64,000 nt of DNA, from positions 5,478-69,477 of the forward strand of contig JAILON010000012.1 of assembly GCA_024690865.1 (NCBI GenBank), read 5' to 3'. Positions 38,810 to 46,636 of the stretch are shown here, piece by piece. Position numbers and translations under genes: made by a program. Source of the DNA: Treponema sp. GTDB taxonomy: Bacteria > Spirochaetota > Spirochaetia > Treponematales > Treponemataceae. Every line of letters starts with the position of its first letter. Positions within the stretch are counted from its first letter, which is position 1. The notes beneath the pieces were generated by a model. That model saw nothing but the letters and a program-made list of their open reading frames with translations. It ran no database searches and was not told the origin of the DNA.

Positions 38810-39973
38810 ATGATGAAAAAGTTTCTTTCACAATTGGCGGGGCAGATGGCCGCTGGCCTTGTGGCAGTGGCGCTGGCCACATCTTTCGTTGCCTGCCATG
38901 ACACGCCAGGCACCTGGGGACACCACAGCGGCAGCGACCTTCCGACCTACAGCACAAGCGGCAGCACGGGGTCGTCCAGCAGCGGCTCCAGTGCCAGCGG
39001 CCAGACGGCGACCATTGCCTACAAAAGCAGCGACAGCCGAGGCGGCTACATCAACGTGGAGGGCGGCCAGTACAAGACCTGTACGCTCAGCGGCAACTCC
39101 CGGGGCGGAACCATAACGCTGTCCGACGGCGTGCTGGCCAACCTGACGGGAACCTACGGCACCCCGGATTCCACCGTGGCCCTGGCGGCTGCTGACAGCA
39201 GCGTCATAGAGGGCAGTTGGTCCGTGACCTTCCAAGGCATTACCACGACATACAGCTATTCGATATCCGTCACAAACGGCCACTTTGCCATGAAGCGCAC
39301 CAGCAGCAACGGAGGGGAAAAGTTCTTTTCCGCAACGTTGACCGGAACCGAGTCCTATGGTCCCGCAACCGTGGTGCAGGTAAGCGCTGCATCCCTGGCA
39401 GGCAAGACGGGCAGGCTCGTTTATGAGGGTGACCAAAGCGTGGCGGATACTCCGCGGGAATATACAATCAGTTTCTCTGCTGACGGGCAGTCTGCGACGC
39501 TGACGGGGGGCGGTACGACCAGCACCGTAACCTTTGACGGCGATTTCCTGACCTTCTCGAATTTCCCGAGCAGCTATTATAATAAACTGATGCTCCGCCA
39601 GGTAAACGGAGAGTATTTCCTCTTTGCCCACAGGGCGGTAAAGACGGACAGCTCGTCCGGCCTGTACGGAACCTACCACTGGATGGACTGTGATGGCACG
39701 GGCACGGGCTCCGGCGGGCAGGGGTCAATCTGGGCCTATACCTACTACCAGGACGGAAAGGTCGTGAGGCGGACCATCGATCCCAACTTTACCGGCGAGC
39801 CCGGGGACAACGACACCAGCGACAGGTGGTGGGTATGGACCTGCAGCGACAGAGGATTCGTACGGTATCATCTTGGTGCTCCGAGCGCGGACAACCGTTT
39901 GTCTGATCTCTGGATCTACGATGGCGGCAGCTATGTGTATGCGCTCAACTGGGGACTGTATTCTCTGCAATAG
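38810..39973 (+). CDS. Ser/Thr/Gly-rich hypothetical lipoprotein
   Basis: AAGGAG RBS, FVAC lipobox, beta-rich composition. Confidence 0.8.
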   Translation: MMKKFLSQLAGQMAAGLVAVALATSFVACHDTPGTWGHHSGSDLPTYSTSGSTGSSSSGSSASGQTATIAYKSSDSRGGYINVEGGQYKTCTLSGNSRGGTITLSDGVLANLTGTYGTPDSTVALAAADSSVIEGSWSVTFQGITTTYSYSISVTNGHFAMKRTSSNGGEKFFSATLTGTESYGPATVVQVSAASLAGKTGRLVYEGDQSVADTPREYTISFSADGQSATLTGGGTTSTVTFDGDFLTFSNFPSSYYNKLMLRQVNGEYFLFAHRAVKTDSSSGLYGTYHWMDCDGTGTGSGGQGSIWAYTYYQDGKVVRRTIDPNFTGEPGDNDTSDRWWVWTCSDRGFVRYHLGAPSADNRLSDLWIYDGGSYVYALNWGLYSLQ

Positions 39974-40137
39974 AAAATGCCTGATGGCAGGGGGACATGG
40001 TTCCCCCCGCTGATTGGGCACGATAAGAAATGGCTCCCGGCGACGGGGGCCGTTTTGGTTTGTCCAGGCATTCTCCACCACACCCCAGGTCGACCGGGAC
40101 ACACGGGCTTCCCCTTTTCCGCATCCCGTGCTAGTAT

Positions 40138-40269
40138 AAAAGTCGTCCGGTTTTCGTGATGAAAGGCGGGAAAAGTCATCGGTTTTTCGTGATAAACTCT
40201 GCGAAAAGTCGTCCGGTTTTCGTGATGAAAGCCGTGGAAACTCGTCGGTTTTTCGTGATTTACGGCCGT
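40138..40269 (+). repeat. 4 x 33-bp direct repeat array
   Basis: Units start at 40138, 40171, 40204 and 40237, each with an AAAGTCGTCcGgTTTTCGTGAT-like core. Confidence 0.95.
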
Positions 40270-40294
40270 TGGCCCGGTGCAAGAAGGAGAAGGC

Positions 40295-40446
40295 ATGCAC
40301 AGGAACATCATTGCGGATTTGCTCAAATGGAAGAACTCCCCCCACCGGAAGCCACTCATCCTGCAGGGAGCGCGGCAGACCGGCAAGACCTGGATTATGA
40401 AGGAGTTCGGCAGGACCGCATACAAGAACACGGCCTACCTCACTTT
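40295..40446 (+). pseudogene. AAA_14/DUF4143-type ATP-binding protein, N-terminal fragment
   Basis: L.KWK...RKPLILQGARQTGKTW (Walker A); similarity stops after YLTF. Confidence 0.85.
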
Positions 40447-40627
40447 CATCATTCAACTCCTCTTTGTTGAAAATAAAATTTTATAGTGCCTCCTCTGTAG
40501 TGGAGGTACGAACTGCGGGTCACCAGCATGGTTTCCTGTCAGCTTTGTACAGTACAACCGGGCGCACCGCCGTCCTTGGGCTGCTTGTAACGCGCAAAGA
40601 TGTCCTTGCCGTTACGATTAACCGGGC

Positions 40628-41785
40628 TTACTGCCTGTCCCAGCGGTTTTCAGCAAAAAAAGCCGTTGTCTCTTCCTCGCTCAGTCCGGCCTTTAAAAGC
40701 TCCTCGTGCAATTTCATATACTCATTTTCTCTTATACTTTTGTAGGTACTTGCACGGAAAACGGTAGTCTTAGCTGCGGCAAGCTGCTTCTGAAGCTTTA
40801 TGGACTTGCTTATGGCCTCTCCTCCTATGATTCCCTTTGCTGTAGATGACAGCTCGTAGGGATCATCTTCGTTTGCCCATCCTGCAACATAATCAAGCAC
40901 GCACAGCTCAAGGCCTTCGGGGATACTTACTGACTGAATATTGTCTCCATATATAAAGGCATGTTTACCCCTGTCGCCTTCGCTCAAATCTGTTTGCACC
41001 CACTTAAGGCTCTTGGGGAGCGACAGAGAGGTAAAGGCATCCGAACGGAAAGCATGGTCTCCAATATACATGACACCTTCCGGCACATCCACCGACGGAA
41101 GGGGGCAGTCCCAAAATGCACACCTTCCAATAACTTTAAGTGTGGAGGGAAGATTGACATCTTTGAGTTTTTCGCAGCCGTAAAAACATTCTTTGGGAAT
41201 TATCTTCAAGCCTTCCGGCAGCGCGACAGCTTCCAGTTTTCCACAGTTGTAAAATGCACATTCTCTCAATGTGCAGCCTTCCGGAATGTCTATGCGCTTA
41301 AGGGCGCTTCTGCTGGGAATCATCATATAAAATGCGCTTTTCCCAATTGTGGAATTTTTACCGAGGACGACTGTCTCAAGAACCCAGCAGTGCTGAAAAG
41401 CACTAGTGCCTATATAAATCCCGGAAGGGAGTGTGACTGACCTCAAGTTGCCACACCCGGCAAACGCACCTCTTGCATAGCCTGCATCACCGTCAGCAAT
41501 TTCTTTTACGCCTTCAGGGATAACGACGCTTGTTATTCTGTTATTATTGCTAAATGCATTGCTGCCTATGTGCACCACCGGCACGTCCTGTATGCTTGCG
41601 GGAATCACCACGTCTGTCCGAGTTCCCGTGTACTTGGTAATCGTAATCTCCGTAAAGTCATCGTTCACGGAAAACTCAAAGTCGTCCTCGCTGTTCGGCT
41701 CCGCACCCGCGGCGAAGGCCGTCCCGAACGTGCAGCACAGCATGGCTGCCACGGCCAGAAAGATGGCACGTCCTGTCTTTTTCAT
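40628..41785 (-). CDS. BspA-type leucine-rich repeat surface protein
   Basis: Signal peptide, ITKYTG..VVIPASI..PV..IG..AF and multiple LRR_5 repeats. Confidence 0.92.
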   Translation of the reverse strand: MKKTGRAIFLAVAAMLCCTFGTAFAAGAEPNSEDDFEFSVNDDFTEITITKYTGTRTDVVIPASIQDVPVVHIGSNAFSNNNRITSVVIPEGVKEIADGDAGYARGAFAGCGNLRSVTLPSGIYIGTSAFQHCWVLETVVLGKNSTIGKSAFYMMIPSRSALKRIDIPEGCTLRECAFYNCGKLEAVALPEGLKIIPKECFYGCEKLKDVNLPSTLKVIGRCAFWDCPLPSVDVPEGVMYIGDHAFRSDAFTSLSLPKSLKWVQTDLSEGDRGKHAFIYGDNIQSVSIPEGLELCVLDYVAGWANEDDPYELSSTAKGIIGGEAISKSIKLQKQLAAAKTTVFRASTYKSIRENEYMKLHEELLKAGLSEEETTAFFAENRWDRQ

Positions 41786-41824
41786 ATAACACTCCTTGCG
41801 CTTAGCGTCCGCCGACGTGTATAT

Positions 41825-42043
41825 ACAAAAGCCCCGCGGACACGACGAAGCGCGACCGAGAGGCCTTTTGTGCGAGAGGAAAATAGGACTGTATGTGAAT
41901 ATTGTGTTACGCGGCTAGCTTGGAATGCCTCAGTGCAGGCAGGGCTGTCCGCTTGCCCGCAGGGCATAGTGAGGGCGACAGCCGATTATGCGAGAAAACT
42001 GTTCTTTGTCAAGTGGTTTTGCCCACTTTTTCGCATTTTCCTT
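41825..42043 (-). promoter_or_regulatory. promoter + leader with terminator-like hairpin (homologous to 38589-38782)
   Basis: TTGACA(42012)-16-CATAAT(41990); hairpin 41871-41825 ending GGGGCTTTTGT. Confidence 0.7.
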
Positions 42044-42212
42044 CATTTTTTTGCCCTGTCCGCTGTCCAGTTCGTGCCATCATATACCGTTTTTCAGAAC
42101 GAAACTAGAGTACAACGCACGGAATTTTAGTGAGTTTGGGGAAAATTTGGGGAAATTTTGCAAAAAAAGCAAAATTTTTTACTTTTCGGGCTTTGTCCTC
42201 GTGAAACAAGCG

Positions 42213-43409
42213 CTAATACATGAATCCCAGAAGCCAGATGGGGATTTTTCTGCCCGTGCCGAATTCTATGCCGTCGGCGATTATGTATGAGTCCTCCACG
42301 CCCCGTATCTGGCCTGTTTTCTTGTTCCTGCCACCAACCTCGAAAGTGTACTTGCCTGCAACGAAGAAATCGCTCTCTTTGGAGTACAGGACTTCGCTGG
42401 ACTTCTTCAGCTGGTTGTACACGAATGTTTCCCTGACGTTACCGATGTCAGTCCTGCTGCCGTTCAGCATGTACATGATGTTTGTGTTCTCAAGGTAGAG
42501 CTTATCGGGTTTCTCCAGCGAGCCGAGCCCCCTCGCCTGCCTGAACAGCTGCTTGACCAGCATGCTGTCATCAAGATACTGGAAATAGCCAAGAAGGGTC
42601 TGACGGGCAACCCCGACCAGCGCGGCCAGCTCCGAGACATTCGGGATAAAGGGCGCGGACCTTCCTATGACGGCAAGAAGCTTCTTTATCTTAGGAATAT
42701 AGGCGACATCAATCTTACGCAACGCTGGAAGTTCCATCTCAAGCACCATGTTTATGCTTTCATTCAGCCGGGTATAATAGTCGTCAACTCCCTCCGTAAA
42801 GAAGGGGTAGTAGCCGGTCGCAAGGTAGGTCCCGAAGTGCATGAACGGCTTTATCCGTGCGGCAAGCTCCGCCGAGATGCGGTCGTTCTCTTTTATAATT
42901 TGCTCAAGGCTGAGAACCGGAAAGTCCTGCCCCGTGACGAGCGAAAGGTACTCCCGGAACGAAAGCCCCTGCATGTCGTACACGAGCGCGCGGCGGCTCA
43001 AATCCGCGCGGGCATCCAGAATCTCAAGCAGGGAGGAGCCGGTGAATGCTATGTGCAGCTCTGGGTAGTCGTCGTAGAGGTTCTTTATTGTCTGGGACCA
43101 TTCCGGGTACTTGTGCACCTCGTCCAGAAAAAGGTGGGTGCCCCCGCGCAGGGCAAATTCCTGTGCGACGGCAAGGAGCGAATGATCGGAAAAATACAGG
43201 TTGTCCAGGCTCACGTAAAGGGCCTTGGACAGGTCTTTCCCGAACGTTTTCTTGATGTGCTGCAGGAACAGGGTCGTCTTCCCCACGCCCCTGGGGCCGC
43301 GTATTCCGACAAGCCGCGCGTCCCAGTTCACCTCGTCTTCCAGGCTCCGCATGAAGCCTAAGCCCGTGGCGGCCATCTTCTTCCTGTACAGCTCTATCAG
43401 CTCTTCCAT
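42213..43409 (-). CDS. AAA_14 family ATP-binding protein with wHTH and C-terminal nuclease-like domain
   Basis: GPRGVGKTT, LFLDEVHKY, FTGSS, DLSRR, GYYP, KPDKLYLEN, RETF and DF..TFEVGG. Confidence 0.92.
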   Translation of the reverse strand: MEELIELYRKKMAATGLGFMRSLEDEVNWDARLVGIRGPRGVGKTTLFLQHIKKTFGKDLSKALYVSLDNLYFSDHSLLAVAQEFALRGGTHLFLDEVHKYPEWSQTIKNLYDDYPELHIAFTGSSLLEILDARADLSRRALVYDMQGLSFREYLSLVTGQDFPVLSLEQIIKENDRISAELAARIKPFMHFGTYLATGYYPFFTEGVDDYYTRLNESINMVLEMELPALRKIDVAYIPKIKKLLAVIGRSAPFIPNVSELAALVGVARQTLLGYFQYLDDSMLVKQLFRQARGLGSLEKPDKLYLENTNIMYMLNGSRTDIGNVRETFVYNQLKKSSEVLYSKESDFFVAGKYTFEVGGRNKKTGQIRGVEDSYIIADGIEFGTGRKIPIWLLGFMY

Positions 43410-43474
43410 AAGTACAGTTTACAATTTTGAGTAAATTTTGTAAAGTCTGGTTAACAAATTTGCACAAAATTTGT
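43409..43474 (-). repeat. 2 x 33-bp imperfect repeat overlapping a promoter
   Basis: 24/33 identity between units; contains TTTACA-17-TAAACT ending 6 nt before the ATG. Confidence 0.65.
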
Positions 43475-43554
43475 CATCCCCGGCTACCAAAAAAGCCCCG
43501 GCAGTCCTAGCCCCATGTGCATAGCAGCACTAGCTACATGTGCATTGCCTCTCC

Positions 43555-44091
43555 CTATCCCCGCGTCCAGTCCGCGCGGGTCTGGGCGTTGCGGTTCATC
43601 CGGCGGGTAAAGAGCAGCTCAATCAGGCTCTTCTCGTAGGGAATGAAGAGACTGTCGTCTATCATCCTGAGAATCTCGTCCTTTTCCGCCCAGCGCACGG
43701 CCTGCACTTCCTCCGGCTGGAGTGTCAACATGTTCAGGTCTACGTCCCGTGTCAGGACATAGTAATCGTCAAAGCCGTGGTCCCAAGAGAGGGTCAGGAC
43801 GGGGCGGGCCCCCGCAAGGTCTATGTCCAGCCCCAGCTCTTCCTTCACCTCCCGCTCGGCGGCGGTCCGGCTAGTGTCGCCGGTTATGGCGCAGCCCCCG
43901 ACGCTCACGTCCCAGAGGTTTGACCAGCTGGCCTTGAATGGCTGCCGCTGCTGGATCAGCATGCGCCCGTCCGTGCCGAAGATGCAGACGTGGATAACCA
44001 GGCGGTAGAAGCCGTCGGGCGTGCGCTCGCCCCGCTCCATCGTCCTGCCCGCCAGCTGCCTGTCCGCCGTGTACAAATCAAAGCATTCCAT
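43555..44091 (-). CDS. NUDIX hydrolase
   Basis: GG...GD....AAEREVKEELG Nudix box. Confidence 0.92.
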   Translation of the reverse strand: MECFDLYTADRQLAGRTMERGERTPDGFYRLVIHVCIFGTDGRMLIQQRQPFKASWSNLWDVSVGGCAITGDTSRTAAEREVKEELGLDIDLAGARPVLTLSWDHGFDDYYVLTRDVDLNMLTLQPEEVQAVRWAEKDEILRMIDDSLFIPYEKSLIELLFTRRMNRNAQTRADWTRG

Positions 44092-44117
44092 AAATCTCCC
44101 CTTTCCCAGGCTCTCCG

Positions 44118-46337
44118 CTATGCCAAGGTCTTGCTCATCGTCAGGACGTTCTGCCCGTCCGCGTACTCATAGCTCACGCTGTCCATAAACTTCTTGGTCA
44201 GGAATATCCCCAGGCCGCCTATGTCGCGCTCCTCCGCCGAGAGGGTGATGTCCGGGTCCTCCCGGGCGAGCGGGTTGAACGGCTTGCCCCTGTCCCGGAA
44301 GCATATCGTAATCCGGGGGGCAGCCCCGCCATTCCCCGGCTCCAGGCGGCAGCTGATTTCGGCAGTGCCGCGCCTGGGCGTGTAGGCGTAGTGGGCTATG
44401 TTGATGTAGATTTCCTCCACCGCGAGATCCAGCTTGTTCAGAAGTTCGGCGGAGCAGCCCTCCGGCAGCATGGAGTGGATAAAGTCGTTGACCGGCCCCA
44501 TATTCTCGTCAGTCGCGTCGAAAATCTTGGTCACGGTCCTGGCCTCCCCCGGTCCGGCAGTCTCTGGTTCCGTAGTGCAGGCTCCTGCCGCACCGGACGT
44601 GCTTTCCTGCCCCGCCTTCATGGCGCTGCCATACTGCCTGGGGGCGGAAGCCTGCACACCGGCAGAAGCCGTGTCCGCCCCGCCTTTCCCGAGGACGACG
44701 GCCTTGAGCGACAGCTCCAGCATCGTGATGTCGTCGAACTGCGGTGCGTCCCCGACGAACTTGTTCACGTCGTCCCTGACGGCCTCAAGCAGTTCCTTGG
44801 CGGAAAGCGACCGTTTGTCCGCCATGCAGAGGATGAGCCGCTGCTCGCCGTACAGCTCATTGTCCGCGTTGGTTGCTTCGGTCACGCCGTCCGTGTAGAC
44901 GAAAATCCTGTCGCCCGGCAACAGGCGCGTGCAGTGGTCGGCATAGCGCATCCCCGGCATCCCCGCGAGCATCAGGTTAGGCTTTACCGTCAGGTACTCC
45001 ACCTTGCCCCCGTGGAAGATAACCGGAGCGGTGTGGCCCGCATTGGCGAAGACCAGCTCGCCCGTGCTTATCGTCAGGATGCCCATCCAGCAGGTGACGA
45101 AGAGGCCCGCATCGTTGCCCTCGCACAGCTGGTCGTTCACTTTCTCGAAGATACGGGCGGGGCTCTTTTCCTGCAGGCCGACGTTCTTGAGCAGAGTCTT
45201 GGCGACGACCATGAACAAGGCCGCCGGAACGCCCTTGCCGCTCACGTCCCCGACGACGACCGCAAAATGGTCGTTGTCCGTCATGAAGAAGTCGTAGAAG
45301 TCGCCGCCAACCTCCTTTGCCGGTTCCATGGAGGCGAACAGCTCTATCTCCGGGTGGTCGGCGTAGGGCGGGAAGATGCGGGGCAGCATGTTGGCCTGAA
45401 TCTGGGTGGCAACGTCCAGCTCCGCGCTCAGGCGTTCCTTCTCCGCCGTCGTCTGGGTCAGATCATGGATATAGCGGTTGATGTCCACGCTCATCTGCTC
45501 CACCGCGCGGGCAAGGATGGCTATCTCGCTCCGGCCCTTTATCTTCTTGAGCGTGCCGGAAAGCTCCCCCCGGTGGCGGACAAAGCTCGCCGTTTCCCTC
45601 GTGACAAGGTAGAGGGGCTTTGTCAGCATCTTGTGCAGCAGGATGATGTAGGCGACGATGAACAGGACGGTCAGTATGGCGGAGAAAATCGACGTCGTCC
45701 TGAGGTACTGGGCCTTGAGCGCGTCCACCTCGCTCATCGGCTTGACGACGCTCAGGATGCCCACTCCCCTGCCGGAGGAATCCTTGACCGGGATGGAGGT
45801 GGTGACGTGGCCGCCGGTCTTGTTGTAGACGAAGCGGATGTCGTCCTCCCCGTCCAGGACGCTTTTCAGGCGGGCAATGTAGGCCTCGTCGTAGTTCTTG
45901 AGCGAGCTTATCTGCCCCAGGGGATAGGCCTTGCCGTTCACCACGTCGGGATGAACGGTGTCGTAGATGTACATGCGGGACTCGAAATTCTTGTCCGGCA
46001 CGATGACGTAGATGTAGGCGAGCGCGGCGGTGCGCGTCAGGACGTTCAGCTTCCTGTCCGCCTCCTCCCAGGCCTCGTCCGGGCTGCCGCCTTCGGCGTA
46101 GCCTTCGATTGCGTCCCCGTCGATGTAGGACAGGGCCGTGTAGGCGAACTGCGTGGTTATCTTGGTGTACTCATCCTCGAACAGGGACTTGAACACCCGG
46201 TAGCCGATGAGCCCGTTCACGATGTACAGGAACGAGCAGAAGAGGACAATGTAGAGCGGAAGCCTGATGATGAGGCTGGACGGATTGAGCGTCTTGGACG
46301 TCTTGGACATGCCGGACGCGTTGTCGGAAGCTTTCAT
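44118..46337 (-). CDS. membrane sensor with HAMP, SpoIIE (PP2C) phosphatase and RsbW-like HATPase domains
   Basis: EVGGDFYD, GDVSGKG, NAGH, YTDGVTE, DDIT, AVEEIYINIAHYAY and GGLGIFL. Confidence 0.92.
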   Translation of the reverse strand: MKASDNASGMSKTSKTLNPSSLIIRLPLYIVLFCSFLYIVNGLIGYRVFKSLFEDEYTKITTQFAYTALSYIDGDAIEGYAEGGSPDEAWEEADRKLNVLTRTAALAYIYVIVPDKNFESRMYIYDTVHPDVVNGKAYPLGQISSLKNYDEAYIARLKSVLDGEDDIRFVYNKTGGHVTTSIPVKDSSGRGVGILSVVKPMSEVDALKAQYLRTTSIFSAILTVLFIVAYIILLHKMLTKPLYLVTRETASFVRHRGELSGTLKKIKGRSEIAILARAVEQMSVDINRYIHDLTQTTAEKERLSAELDVATQIQANMLPRIFPPYADHPEIELFASMEPAKEVGGDFYDFFMTDNDHFAVVVGDVSGKGVPAALFMVVAKTLLKNVGLQEKSPARIFEKVNDQLCEGNDAGLFVTCWMGILTISTGELVFANAGHTAPVIFHGGKVEYLTVKPNLMLAGMPGMRYADHCTRLLPGDRIFVYTDGVTEATNADNELYGEQRLILCMADKRSLSAKELLEAVRDDVNKFVGDAPQFDDITMLELSLKAVVLGKGGADTASAGVQASAPRQYGSAMKAGQESTSGAAGACTTEPETAGPGEARTVTKIFDATDENMGPVNDFIHSMLPEGCSAELLNKLDLAVEEIYINIAHYAYTPRRGTAEISCRLEPGNGGAAPRITICFRDRGKPFNPLAREDPDITLSAEERDIGGLGIFLTKKFMDSVSYEYADGQNVLTMSKTLA

Positions 46338-46424
46338 TCTTCCATTATATGCCATAACGGGCAAAAAGACAAATGGAACCCGTCCGCGTCCACCGGCGCA
46401 TGATGTCGGTTATGGGGCGCATGT

Positions 46425-46630
46425 ACGGGCGGAACGGCAGTGCGGTATCGCGCACCGCCCGACAACGGTGGTCTGGCGGTTCCAGGCGAGTGCAGTGGCG
46501 GTATGGCAGCCACGGGCGGAACGGCAGTGCGGTATCGCGCACCGCCCGACAACGGTGGTCTGGCGGTTCCAAGCGAGTGCAGTGGCGGTGTGGCAGCCAC
46601 GGGCGGCACGGCGTTGCACACCGCCGCCCG
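46425..46630. repeat. 87-bp tandem repeat (2 copies plus a partial) of REP-like hairpins
   Basis: ACGGGCGG at 46425, 46512 and 46599; each opens a GGGCGG...CCGCCC stem. Confidence 0.9.
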
Positions 46631-46636
46631 TTTGCC

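Noticed and set aside
40138-40269. CRISPR array
   Set aside because: The variable parts are only about 10 bp and partly similar to each other, the repeats are not identical, and no cas genes are present.
40490-40625. Riboswitch upstream of the orphan minus-strand start
   Set aside because: It does not match the c-di-GMP, SAM, TPP or T-box consensus elements I can recognise.
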